Part shown: in pieces, positions 47,786-57,722 of the stretch
Numbering within the stretch: the stretch's first letter is position 1
How the letters are laid out: every line of letters begins with the position of its first letter
Source: Spirochaetia bacterium
GTDB taxonomy: Bacteria > Spirochaetota > Spirochaetia > SP-2023
Reading direction: 5' to 3'
Assembly (NCBI GenBank): GCA_965263295.1
Contig: OZ253665.1
Coordinates: 2,016,001-2,080,000, forward strand
Length of the DNA: 64,000 nucleotides
Notes under the pieces: generated by a model
What the model was told of the DNA's origin: nothing
Databases searched by the model: none
Seen by the model: the letters and a program-made list of their open reading frames with translations, nothing else
Made by a program: the position numbers and the translations under genes

Positions 47786-50206
47786 CTAAAACCTTTTTTG
47801 CTCGCGCATGAAGCGCTCAAACTGAATCCCTAGATCCAGCAGCTGGCTGACATCAAGAATCAACGAGACGATGCCATCGCCCAAGATCGTGGCCCCCGCC
47901 ACTCCTGGTGAATGTGTATAACGATCGACCAACGGCTTAATCACCACGTCTTCTTCGCCAATTAGGTTGTCAACCATCAAGCCCACTCGCCGCTCCTCTG
48001 TCCCGACAACGACCACAAACATGTAATCATCCGCCGGCGCAGTTTGATCTTCCAGTTGGAAGATACGATTCAAGCGCAAAAGTGAAATGACATCGTCCCG
48101 CACGCTAATCACTTCATAGTTGTCAATCAGATGAATGTCGGCAGGTGTAATGCGGATACTCTCTGCTACCGCTGTAATTGGAATGGCATAAACTTCTGAG
48201 CGCACCCGAACTAACAAACCCTGAATAATAGCCAGAGTCAACGGTAGGCGGATGGTGAACCTAGTGCCGTAACCCGGCTCCGACCAGACATTGACGTTGC
48301 CGTTAAGCTTTTCAATTTGCTTCTTTACTACGTCTAGCCCGACACCTCTGCCAGAAATATTGGTGACCTCCTTGGCAGTCGAAAATCCAGGGTCAAAAAT
48401 CAGGTTAAAAGCTTCCTGCTCAGTCAACTGCTTATTCGGTGCAATAACCCCGTTGTCAACCGCCTTTTGGCGCACTTTCTGCAAAGATATCCCGGCGCCG
48501 TCATCGGAGATCTCAATTATGACGTTACTGCTCTCGTTTATCGCGGAAAGCTTGATTTTGCCGTTTTCAGGCTTATTGGTCTGAGCGCGCAGTTCTTTAT
48601 TCTCAATGCCGTGATCCATTGAATTACGCACACAATGCATCAATGGGTCCACCAATTCTTCCGCAACTGACTTGTCAATTTCGGTCTCTTCTCCTTCCAG
48701 CACCAGATCGACTTTTTTGTCCAGCGAGCGCGCGAGATCGCGCACCAGGCGCGGGAAGCGCGAAAAAACTTGACTGATAGGTATCATGCGCATGCTGAGT
48801 ATAGATTCGTGCAAGTCGTTAGTATTGCGGGCTAGGTTCGCCGATGAATTACGGAACTGTGCAATGATGCTCTTGAGCTGATTCTCCAAGGGGTTAAACA
48901 AATTGTGGATGCGTGTGGACTGATCATGCAACTTCTTACGGGCATTGCGCACCGCTGTATTCTGCAAATTCTCATCGTTTCCACCATCTAGATCCCTTAA
49001 TAATGTGGAACTATTCAGTAGCTCCTCAATCATCGTATTCAGCTGGTCGCGCACTTCCATATGAGCGGAACGCATTTCACTGACGAGGTTGATCAATTGG
49101 TTATTCACCTGATTAAAAGTCGCTTTATTAATGACAGCTTCGCTAACCAGGTTAAGGATTTCATCGACTCGGCGGCTGTCTACGCGCAACACAGAAGAAT
49201 TTCCACCCTCCTTTTTCGGCGCTGCCTGCCGGGACGCCTGACTTTTCGGCGCTTCTACTGCGGCATCTTTAGTTTTGGCAGACTCTGTGGGAACATCTGC
49301 GGTCGTTATACCATCTTGTCGTGCTAAAGAATCGCTGTCGGGCGAGCCGAGGCTCTCCTCTTCCTCGCTCACAAGATCGCCTTGGGCCATCGTTTCATCT
49401 AACAAGTTAACTTCAGTTTCCAGAGTAACGTCGGGCAACATGGCAAAATGCAGGATTTCAGACATTTCGGCTGAGGATTCCAGATAAAAATCTACATATT
49501 CAAAGAAATTATCCTCGTATAACTCTTCAAAATCGGGGTGAGTAATCCAAATGGTCCCCAAGTCCTTCAGGCGAGCAAACTCCTGCACCGAGCCAATCGT
49601 ATTCATCGGGTTTGACTCGTCAAAGTGAACGCGGACTTGATATACAGGATCTTTAACTTGTTGCAACAAATCATCATATTCCGCCCGCGACAGCAGGCTG
49701 GGAAACGATGCCGGGTCCTTGGCCCCACTTTCTTCTTGCACAGCTGAATTGGCCGAAATCGGTGCAGCCGCCGCGGATTCTTTGACTGTCGCGCTCTTCT
49801 GATGGGCAATGCCATTCACCCAGTCGACCAACTGCTTTTCTAGGGCCGTGGTATCTTGCGAATACATGCCGCCGGCCATGCGTTCCGCAGACATTTCTTT
49901 AATCACGTCTATAGAATCCAAAAGCAGGTCCGTAATGGCCGGGCCAATTTCCAGTTTGCCATTGCGCACTTCGTCGAGTAAGTCTTCTACCTTGTGGGTA
50001 AAGAGGGCCAATTCGTTCATTTGCACCGTGTAAGCCCCGCCTTTTAATGTGTGGACAGCCCGAAATAATTCATCGACAGAATCGTGGTCCTGAGGGTCGC
50101 TCTCGATGGCCAAGACGGTGCGCTCCATTGTGTCCATCTGCATTTCTGCTTCGATAAAAAAATCTTTGAGTAGCTCTTCGTTTTCCGGATCTAAATAATC
50201 GCTCAT
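47786..50206 (-). CDS. cheA: chemotaxis histidine kinase CheA
   Basis: Hpt FRAVHTLKG, P2, LRVDS dimerisation, HCVRNSMDHG, SGRGVGLDVV, C-terminal CheW-like domain. Confidence 0.97.
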   Translation of the reverse strand: MSDYLDPENEELLKDFFIEAEMQMDTMERTVLAIESDPQDHDSVDELFRAVHTLKGGAYTVQMNELALFTHKVEDLLDEVRNGKLEIGPAITDLLLDSIDVIKEMSAERMAGGMYSQDTTALEKQLVDWVNGIAHQKSATVKESAAAAPISANSAVQEESGAKDPASFPSLLSRAEYDDLLQQVKDPVYQVRVHFDESNPMNTIGSVQEFARLKDLGTIWITHPDFEELYEDNFFEYVDFYLESSAEMSEILHFAMLPDVTLETEVNLLDETMAQGDLVSEEEESLGSPDSDSLARQDGITTADVPTESAKTKDAAVEAPKSQASRQAAPKKEGGNSSVLRVDSRRVDEILNLVSEAVINKATFNQVNNQLINLVSEMRSAHMEVRDQLNTMIEELLNSSTLLRDLDGGNDENLQNTAVRNARKKLHDQSTRIHNLFNPLENQLKSIIAQFRNSSANLARNTNDLHESILSMRMIPISQVFSRFPRLVRDLARSLDKKVDLVLEGEETEIDKSVAEELVDPLMHCVRNSMDHGIENKELRAQTNKPENGKIKLSAINESSNVIIEISDDGAGISLQKVRQKAVDNGVIAPNKQLTEQEAFNLIFDPGFSTAKEVTNISGRGVGLDVVKKQIEKLNGNVNVWSEPGYGTRFTIRLPLTLAIIQGLLVRVRSEVYAIPITAVAESIRITPADIHLIDNYEVISVRDDVISLLRLNRIFQLEDQTAPADDYMFVVVVGTEERRVGLMVDNLIGEEDVVIKPLVDRYTHSPGVAGATILGDGIVSLILDVSQLLDLGIQFERFMREQKRF

Positions 50207-50305
50207 ACCGCAATCTTTCTCCCAAACCTGCTAGCGCCCTACCGAGTGTACAGAGAGGCGGACGGCAAGGCTGTCGAATTGTAGCCCAGACTTGAGTCTA
50301 TGGGA

Positions 50306-50335
50306 ATCATATCACTGAAACTTTTTAGTGCACAA
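50306..50335 (-). promoter_or_regulatory. sigma70-type promoter for the che operon
   Basis: Minus strand TTGTGC, 18 nt, TG-extended TATGAT. Confidence 0.4.
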
Positions 50336-50583
50336 GTAATTTCTTCATAATTATGTGTAGATTTTAATCCAGTAATATTTCTAATATTTGGCAGTCATCG
50401 CAACTGAAGGAGCAGATGCAAGACAACTTGGCAGAAAGCCTCAGGCTGACTACAATGACCCAATTGACAATAGAATGGGCTCAAACAAATTCTGCCCGTT
50501 TTCATGTCGCCCGTAGACACATCAAGCGCCCCAATACAAATTATTGACAAATTCTTGTCAAATAACATATTCAGGAGATTTTT

Positions 50584-52623
50584 ATGAGTAATATTTCGCA
50601 CAAAGCAGCGAACAACATCCGCATTCTCAGTGCCGCCATGGTTGAAAAAGCCCGGTCCGGCCATCCCGGCGGCGCCATGGGCGGTGCAGAATTTATCAAT
50701 ATTCTGTACTCTGAATTTTTGCGCTTTGACCCAGACGATCTAGAGTGGCGCAATCGCGACCGCTTTTTCCTCGATCCCGGTCACATGTCGCCGATGTTGT
50801 ACTCCCAGCTCGCCCTGATCGGAGCTTATGAAGTCAGCGAACTGGAACAGTTCCGCCAGTGGGGTAGCCCGACTCCCGGCCACCCAGAAAAAGATTTTAA
50901 GCGCGGCATTGAAAATACCTCCGGGCCACTGGGGCAGGGGCACGTATTTGCCGTCGGTGCCGCTATTACAGAAAAGTTCCTGCGAGCCCGCTTTGATCGC
51001 GCAGGCTCCTGGATGTCGCACAATATCTACGCCTTTATCTCGGATGGCGGTATCCAAGAAGAAATTTCCCAGGGAGCGGGGCGCATTGCCGGTCACTTGG
51101 GGCTCGACAACCTGATCATTTTCTACGACTCCAACGACATTCAATTATCCAGCGCAACTGGCGTGGTCACCAGTGAGGACACTGCGGCCAAATATCGGGC
51201 CTGGAACTGGAATGTCATCGAAATCAAGGGCAATGATCCCGAACAAATCCGCAAATCTTTGCGCGATGCCCAGGCCGAGCAGCAGCGCCCGACCCTGATT
51301 ATTGGCAAGACTATCATGGGCGATGGCGCTCGCGACGCCCAGGGCGAATCCTTTGAAGGCCGCCACAGCATCCACGGTCAACCGCTCTCCAAGGCCGGAG
51401 CCTCACTGGAAAAGACCATCGAAAACCTCGGCGGCGAGGCGGCCAAACCCTTCCAGATCTTTGCCGACGTCCGCACTTACTATCGAGAGTGCCTGGACAA
51501 AAAGCGTGCCGAAGTCAAGGCCCTGAAGGCCAAAGAAAATGCCTGGCGCCAAGCCAATCGGGATATGGCGGCAAAGTGGGATCAGTTTTTTGAGCGTCGC
51601 TTGCCCGCCAACTTGGACTTTGCCGGGCTGCCGGTCAAAGAAAACGTCGCCACCCGCGCCGCCTCCGGTTCCACTCTCGCGGAACTGGCGAACAAAGTCG
51701 AGAACCTGATCGTCGCCTCCGCCGACCTTTCGGACAGCGACAAGACGGACGGATTTCTGAAGAACTCCAAAGCCTTTCACAAAGGCGACTTTTCCGGCGC
51801 ATTCCTGCAGGCTGGGGTATCAGAACTGACCATGGCCGCGGTAGCAGCGGGTATGGCCTTGCACGGCGGTGTGATTCCGGCTTGTGGTACTTTTTTTGTA
51901 TTCTCTGACTACATGAAACCCGTGCTCCGCACTTGCGCCCTGATGGAGCTACAGGTTATTTTCATTTGGACCCATGACGCCTTCCGTGTCGGCGAAGACG
52001 GCCCTACTCACCAGCCAGTCGAGCACGAAGCCCAGCTGCGGCTAATGGAACATCTGCAGAACCACAGACACAAAAATTCCACATTGGTGCTGCGTCCCGC
52101 AGATGCCCATGAAACCGTCGTCGCCTGGAAGATGGCCCTGGAGAATCGCGCCACACCGACTGCGCTAATCCTTTCGCGTCAGGATATACAAAGCCTGCCG
52201 GCAGCCTCCGGCAACCGCTATCAGGAAGCCTTGAGCGCGAGCAGAGGCGCTTACATCGTGCGCCGGGAAACGACACCCGACGTCGTGTTGCTCGCTTCTG
52301 GTTCAGAAGTCGCGACCCTGGTGGCAGGTGCCGAGCTACTGGCCCAGGACGGGATCAAAGCCCAGGTTATCTCCGTGCCCTCGGAAGGTCTGTTGCGCAA
52401 TCAGGACGACTCTTATAAAACGCAGATTTTGCCTCCAGGTGTCCAGCGTTTTGGTCTGACGGCAGGTCTGCCCGTGACTTTGCAGGGCTTGGTTGGCGAG
52501 AACGGCAAAGTGTGGGGTTTGCCCAGCTTTGGTTTTTCCGCCCCGGCGGGTGTACTTGATGACAAACTAGGTTACACTGGCGAGAATGTGCGAACCGAAG
52601 TCAAAAACCTGCTCAGTAAATAG
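50584..52623 (+). CDS. tkt: transketolase
   Basis: SGHPGG, TPGHPE, SGPLGQG, SDGGIQE, THDAFRVGEDGPTHQP; AGGAG SD. Confidence 0.97.
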   Translation: MSNISHKAANNIRILSAAMVEKARSGHPGGAMGGAEFINILYSEFLRFDPDDLEWRNRDRFFLDPGHMSPMLYSQLALIGAYEVSELEQFRQWGSPTPGHPEKDFKRGIENTSGPLGQGHVFAVGAAITEKFLRARFDRAGSWMSHNIYAFISDGGIQEEISQGAGRIAGHLGLDNLIIFYDSNDIQLSSATGVVTSEDTAAKYRAWNWNVIEIKGNDPEQIRKSLRDAQAEQQRPTLIIGKTIMGDGARDAQGESFEGRHSIHGQPLSKAGASLEKTIENLGGEAAKPFQIFADVRTYYRECLDKKRAEVKALKAKENAWRQANRDMAAKWDQFFERRLPANLDFAGLPVKENVATRAASGSTLAELANKVENLIVASADLSDSDKTDGFLKNSKAFHKGDFSGAFLQAGVSELTMAAVAAGMALHGGVIPACGTFFVFSDYMKPVLRTCALMELQVIFIWTHDAFRVGEDGPTHQPVEHEAQLRLMEHLQNHRHKNSTLVLRPADAHETVVAWKMALENRATPTALILSRQDIQSLPAASGNRYQEALSASRGAYIVRRETTPDVVLLASGSEVATLVAGAELLAQDGIKAQVISVPSEGLLRNQDDSYKTQILPPGVQRFGLTAGLPVTLQGLVGENGKVWGLPSFGFSAPAGVLDDKLGYTGENVRTEVKNLLSK

Positions 52624-52648
52624 CCCTCTAGGTTTAAATTGGGCGTGA

Positions 52649-52680
52649 AAGGACCCGGCAACTTTTGGCCGGGCTTCTTA
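52649..52680 (+). terminator. putative intrinsic terminator after tkt
   Basis: CCCGGC...GCCGGG stem followed by CTTCTT (weak U-tract). Confidence 0.45.
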
Positions 52681-52770
52681 CGCTTAACCTGGACTTGGCT
52701 TGACCTTGGCATAACTCTGGTACAACTTGGGCATATGGCCATCACGGGGCAATCCGACTAGAATATCCAC

Positions 52771-53382
52771 ATGATGATTCGTCGCTTTGATTCATTTACT
52801 ATAAATCCTTTGTCTAATTTTCTACGCAAGTTCTGGGTGGCAATACTATGGCTGACCTTCATTGCCATTTTTTTTCTCAGCACAGCGAGCTACCAGCTCA
52901 AAAGCAGCCACAAGAGCCATATTCTGCTGTTTCCCAGTGCCAGTAGTGAATATGACGGCCAGGATTTCAGCCATCTCTACGCCGAACAGCGCAAGGTTCC
53001 CGTGCCTCAAGTTCTGCCTGCCGAATGGAGCCTGGAAGAGCGCAAGATCTACTACCTCGCCAAAGAATTACTGTATGGCCCCGGATCCCGTATGATCCGC
53101 TCCTACCCCTTTGTCCCCAAGGGAACCAGGCTGCAAAGCCTGGCCCTTCAAGACAACGACCTCTATATTGACTTTGACGCGACCCTGCTGAAGGCCAAGT
53201 CGGAACACCATTTCAACACTGATGCCATACTGGCATTGTTTGAGAAGGTTCTACGCCTGAACTTCCCCGGCCTCAAGGGTATCTATTTCACGGTTGAAGG
53301 CATGAGTGTCAAACGTTTCCGCCAGAAACTCTCACAAGCACAGCAGGCCGAAGGATTCTCAGACAAGCCCATAGATGAATAG
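52771..53382 (+). CDS. GerMN-domain protein
   Basis: N-terminal TM; KELLYGP, VPKGTRL, LYIDFD, IYFTVEG. Confidence 0.8.
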   Translation: MMIRRFDSFTINPLSNFLRKFWVAILWLTFIAIFFLSTASYQLKSSHKSHILLFPSASSEYDGQDFSHLYAEQRKVPVPQVLPAEWSLEERKIYYLAKELLYGPGSRMIRSYPFVPKGTRLQSLALQDNDLYIDFDATLLKAKSEHHFNTDAILALFEKVLRLNFPGLKGIYFTVEGMSVKRFRQKLSQAQQAEGFSDKPIDE

Positions 53383-53488
53383 TTATCATACACACGGGGG
53401 AACGCAAGCGATGACGCGCCTGCATATCAGCGAGGAATTATTGTGAAGGCCCTTGCCGATTGACAACTGACAGGCGTATTTTGTGTAT

Positions 53489-56383
53489 ATGAATGCCGAA
53501 CAATATACCCAGAATTGCCTTGAAACTATGCAGAATGCCGCAAACATGGCAGCGGAGCAGGGGCACGGCCGCGTAGGCGGTCTACACTTGCTGGTCAGCT
53601 TGCTCAGCGGTGACAGCCTCAGTCAGAACCTGCTTGAAACTTGTGGCTATTCTTCCTGGCCTGTAATCTTGACCCGTGCGCGCGAACAGCTAGGTCAGCT
53701 GTCACAACAGGCCCAGGAAGGAAACAAAATTGATGCCGACGTCCAGCTCAACGAGATATTGCAAAACGCGGCTCAGCAAGCCCGCAAGCTAGGGGATAGC
53801 TTTGTCGGCAATGAACATATCGTGCTGGCGCTGGCCGGCCTCGCGCCGAAGGCGCAAACGCAGCCGCAGAGACAACACGAAAATGTCGATTGCCTGACTC
53901 TGATTCGTGAAGCAGGATGGAATCATCAACAACTCAAACAAGCTTTGATACAGATCCGCCGGGGCCGAGACCCCGGCAATAATGCCACCGCCACCATGGG
54001 CAACATGGGCAACATGGGTAACATGGGTCGTGCCATGGATGATACCACAGGTGCCGAACGCGCAGGGCAACCGGACGAAAATCATATTCTGAAGCGTTTT
54101 TGCCAGGACTTTACCGCTTTGGCCGCCGAGCACAAACTGGATCCCGTAATCGGCCGCAACGACGAAATCCGGCGCTGCATGCAAGTCCTGCTGCGGCGAA
54201 CCAAAAACAACCCCGTGCTGATCGGCGAGCCGGGTGTGGGCAAAACCGCCATTATTGAAGGTCTGGCCCAGCGTGTTCTGAGCGGAGATGTGCCGGGTAC
54301 CCTGAAAAACAAACGGGTGCTGGCCCTGGACATGGGCAGCCTGGTCGCGGGAGCCAAATATCGTGGCGAATTTGAGGAACGCCTCAAGGCGGTCATTGGC
54401 GAGCTAAAGGCCGCAGAAGGCCGCGTCATTCTGTTTATCGACGAGCTGCATACCATTATGGGTGCGGGGGCTGCCGAAGGCAGCACCGACGCTTCGAATT
54501 TACTCAAACCCGCGTTGGCGCGCGGCGAGCTGCATTGCATCGGCGCCACTACTTTAAATGAGTATCGCCAGCACATCGAAAAGGACAGCGCACTGGAACG
54601 CCGCTTTCAGCCGATTGTGGTGCGCGAACCCGACAACAATTCGGCCCTGGCCATACTGCGCGGTCTGAAGGAACGCTACGAGCTGCACCACGGCGTACGC
54701 ATTCGCGACGATGCCTTAGTCAGTGCCGTCAAACTTTCCAGCCGCTACATCCCACAACGCTTCCTGCCGGATAAAGCCATTGACCTGGTTGACGAAGCCG
54801 CCAGCCGGGTGAAAAGTGAGCTGGAAAGTCAGCCGCTGATATTGGATCAACTCGATCGCCAGATCATGCAAAAAGAGATGGAAATTTACTCTCTCAAGAG
54901 CCAGAACAGCAAACTTAGCCCCAGCGAAGAGGAACAGCTGCGCACGCTGCAGCGTGAACTGCAGAGCTTGCGCGAACAAAGGGACGGCATTTACGCCCGT
55001 TGGCAAAAAGAACTCAAACGCATGGAAAAGCTGCGCGGAGCTAAAGAACGGGTGGAAACCTTGCGCCAGGAGCTGGAAGAATGCCAACGCCGGGGCGATC
55101 TTGAACGGGCCTCGCGCATCAAGTATGAAGACCTGCCTCAAGCCCGGCAGCAAAGGAAAGAGGCCGAAGCCCAGTTGCGCCAGCAGGCTCAAGGTAGAGA
55201 GACAGACAAGCGTGACGGCGAAGCTAAGCTATTGCGCGAAGAAGTCGGCGAAGCTAAGCTATTGCGCGAAGAAGTCGGCGAAGCTGAAGTGGCCGCAGTG
55301 CTATCCAGTTGGGTTGGCATTCCTGTGGAGCGCATGCTGCAATCCGAACGCCAGCGTTTCCTGCTTCTCGACCAGCGCCTGTGCCAAAGAGTCAAAGGCC
55401 AATATCAGGCTGTCGAAGCCGTCAGTCGGGCCATCCAGCGCAGCAAGAGTGGCCTGGCCGACCCGGCCCGGCCTCTAGGCTGTTTTCTGTTCCTCGGCCC
55501 CACCGGCGTCGGCAAGACAGAACTCGCAAAGGCCCTGGCCGAAGAATTGTTTGCCACACCACAAAGCGGCGCGGAAGCAGGGCCGACCATCTCCCCGGCT
55601 AACTACACGGGTGGAACAGAAGTGCGCCATAATCCGCTAATTCGTATTGACATGAGCGAATACAATGAGCGCCACAGCACTGCTCGGCTAATTGGTGCAC
55701 CTCCCGGCTACGTTGGTTATGAACAGGGCGGACAGCTCACCGAACGGGTGCGCCGTCAGCCTTACAGCATCATTCTCCTAGACGAAATGGAGAAGGCCCA
55801 CACCGAAGTTCTAAATATTTTCTTGCAGGTATTGGATGAAGGGCGCCTCACCGATGGGCAGGGTCGCACCGTAGACTTTCGCAATTGCGTAATCATATTC
55901 ACCTCCAACTTTGGCAGCCAGCAGCTACTTGCAGAGTCCGACTGGGAACGGGCTAAAATGCAGGTACAGCAAGCACTGTATCGCAGCCTAAAACCGGAAT
56001 TCTTGAACCGCCTCGATGAAATCATTTATTTCAATCCGCTCGGTTCGCAAGAGATTCGCCAAATCGTGCGCCTACAATTAGACCAAGTCCATCGCCTGGC
56101 TGCGGAGCAACATCTTCAGGTTGAAATTGGTACGCGCTTGGAAAGCCTACTTGTCAAAGAAGGATATTCCCCTGAATTTGGTGCCCGCCCACTCAAGCGC
56201 CTGATTCAGAACTACATTTACAACTCACTGGCTCAACACTTACTGGCAAACCATGTAAACGAAGGCAAGCTGTTGCGCCTGGAACTGGGGCAAGACGGAC
56301 AAATACAGATCCAATGCAGTCAACTGGAAAGCAGTAGCCCAGTTTCTCAGGAAGCTCAACTCAAGCTGCCTTTTCCAAAATGA
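53489..56383 (+). CDS. clpB: ATP-dependent chaperone ClpB
   Basis: Two AAA+ modules ([16 protein letters not shown]), coiled-coil middle domain, GYVG pore loop, GARPL; ATG 53489. Confidence 0.95.
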   Translation: MNAEQYTQNCLETMQNAANMAAEQGHGRVGGLHLLVSLLSGDSLSQNLLETCGYSSWPVILTRAREQLGQLSQQAQEGNKIDADVQLNEILQNAAQQARKLGDSFVGNEHIVLALAGLAPKAQTQPQRQHENVDCLTLIREAGWNHQQLKQALIQIRRGRDPGNNATATMGNMGNMGNMGRAMDDTTGAERAGQPDENHILKRFCQDFTALAAEHKLDPVIGRNDEIRRCMQVLLRRTKNNPVLIGEPGVGKTAIIEGLAQRVLSGDVPGTLKNKRVLALDMGSLVAGAKYRGEFEERLKAVIGELKAAEGRVILFIDELHTIMGAGAAEGSTDASNLLKPALARGELHCIGATTLNEYRQHIEKDSALERRFQPIVVREPDNNSALAILRGLKERYELHHGVRIRDDALVSAVKLSSRYIPQRFLPDKAIDLVDEAASRVKSELESQPLILDQLDRQIMQKEMEIYSLKSQNSKLSPSEEEQLRTLQRELQSLREQRDGIYARWQKELKRMEKLRGAKERVETLRQELEECQRRGDLERASRIKYEDLPQARQQRKEAEAQLRQQAQGRETDKRDGEAKLLREEVGEAKLLREEVGEAEVAAVLSSWVGIPVERMLQSERQRFLLLDQRLCQRVKGQYQAVEAVSRAIQRSKSGLADPARPLGCFLFLGPTGVGKTELAKALAEELFATPQSGAEAGPTISPANYTGGTEVRHNPLIRIDMSEYNERHSTARLIGAPPGYVGYEQGGQLTERVRRQPYSIILLDEMEKAHTEVLNIFLQVLDEGRLTDGQGRTVDFRNCVIIFTSNFGSQQLLAESDWERAKMQVQQALYRSLKPEFLNRLDEIIYFNPLGSQEIRQIVRLQLDQVHRLAAEQHLQVEIGTRLESLLVKEGYSPEFGARPLKRLIQNYIYNSLAQHLLANHVNEGKLLRLELGQDGQIQIQCSQLESSSPVSQEAQLKLPFPK
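55216..55285 (+). repeat. perfect 30-bp in-frame tandem duplication in clpB
   Basis: GGCGAAGCTAAGCTATTGCGCGAAGAAGTC x2 ([10 protein letters not shown] x2), bounded by CGGCGAAGCT microhomology. Confidence 0.95.
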
Positions 56384-56432
56384 GATGACGCCCCTTATTT
56401 CTCAAATAATGTAATGGCTCGTTACGACCTAT

Positions 56433-56464
56433 AAAAACAAAAAACCTTGGCCCGGAGGCCAAGG
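56433..56464 (-). terminator. intrinsic terminator, minus strand
   Basis: 8-bp stem CCTTGGCC/GGCCAAGG with 4-nt loop, followed on the minus strand by TTTTTTGTTTTT. Confidence 0.8.
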
Positions 56465-56513
56465 CTAAGATTTGAATCATTTGGGAGGGGAACAATGAAT
56501 TTCAAATCTCGCT
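56436..56513 (-). ncRNA. candidate ~80-nt small regulatory RNA
   Basis: sigma28-like promoter, then a 14-bp hairpin with GUUCCCCUCCCA loop, then a terminator; no minus-strand ORF explains the terminator. Confidence 0.5.
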
Positions 56514-56517
56514 CCTA

Positions 56518-56544
56518 TTATCGTCTCCCTCTTTGTAAAGTTAA
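56518..56544 (-). promoter_or_regulatory. sigma28 (FliA)-like promoter
   Basis: TTAA-N15-GACGATAA versus consensus TAAA-N15-GCCGATAA (10/12). Confidence 0.45.
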
Positions 56545-57327
56545 TAGTTTTTTTAAAAAAATAAAAAATCTTAAAGAATTCTTCTGGCGTTCCAATATTT
56601 TTCTATAAACCATAATAAACCACTTAAATATAAATCAAGTAAAATGATATAACTTCAGTTAACGGGATACGGTCAGAAATCTTCTTGCCATGGCAGGAAA
56701 GTAGAGACTTTTCTGCTCATCTACAATAATTTTAGCTAATTTTTGTTTTATTTTAAGGATAAAATTAATCATATAATAGATATTTTATCCACATTCCAGA
56801 ATGTTCTTCTATCCATCTTGTCGATAGCCGCACTCCGTAAGTCCAGAGCGCAGTTTATCAAAGGAAAGCATCCCCCAATAGTTTTCCTCATAAAAGGGTC
56901 AAACTTTGATTGAGCAACTGACGCTATATTATTTTGTTACCAGCTCACGTTTGTCCATCATGAATCTGGTTTAAACCCAGACTGCAAAAGCCAGAATACC
57001 GGCAACGCAAATCAAACTATAAAAATTTTCTTGTTGAATAACATGTTGGCATTAAATACCAGAGAATCAGTCATCACATTTGAACTACAGGGTGGAAGAA
57101 TCCTGCAAGATACTGTTTAAAAATAATTTAGAAGCCAAGTATATTTAGGAGTTAAACCACATTTTACGGTCGCCAAGTGCTTGGCCAGCCACATTCCCGG
57201 CACATTTAAGTTGTAAGCGCATGGCTTGTCTGTTAATCTATATATCCAGAGGGTCGAAACAAGCCAAAAGCCATTATAAAAAGTATTTCGCTCATTTTCT
57301 AAAAGACTTAGAAGATGAATCAAAGAC

Positions 57328-57690
57328 ATGGAACCGCCCAATATGCCAACCTTTCTAATCAAAAACGACAAAATCAAAGCAGATGACAGCTCCATTATTG
57401 TGCAAAGCGACAACGCCTCCAATGGCAAACGGCTACGCATTCCAGAAGAGACGGAATGCATTAAAGTAGTATTCCATCAGCCCAATCTTATGTGCAACAT
57501 TGACTCCGTTTGCCGGTTGTTTATGGGGATAAACTCAGTTTACCAGCTATTTGAACGTGCAAGATCTCTGCATGATATTGATAAGATTGTCGCCATAAAC
57601 TTGCCGAGCCAAACGGGCAAGCAGCGCCCAGAAACCTTCCGCCACGACAAAAACCAACCGGAACGAGAGCCTGCCGCCTTAAGCCATTAA
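57328..57690 (+). CDS. hypothetical protein or gene fragment
   Basis: 120-aa ORF with protein-like composition, no family recognised, no clear SD. Confidence 0.35.
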   Translation: MEPPNMPTFLIKNDKIKADDSSIIVQSDNASNGKRLRIPEETECIKVVFHQPNLMCNIDSVCRLFMGINSVYQLFERARSLHDIDKIVAINLPSQTGKQRPETFRHDKNQPEREPAALSH

Positions 57691-57722
57691 GCTACTCGCC
57701 ATCCCTTTTTAGCACACTCTCA

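Noticed and set aside
55216..55285. 30-bp repeat as a CRISPR array
   Set aside because: Adjacent copies without spacers, in frame within clpB; no cas genes.
56785..56793. Perfect DnaA box TTATCCACA (and TGTGTATAA at 32834-32842)
   Set aside because: Isolated single boxes far from dnaA; a few are expected by chance in 64 kb.
56659..57051. Possible decayed minus-strand membrane-protein gene
   Set aside because: Has a TM-like stretch, but five stops in ~130 codons is near random expectation and no family is recognisable; blastx needed.
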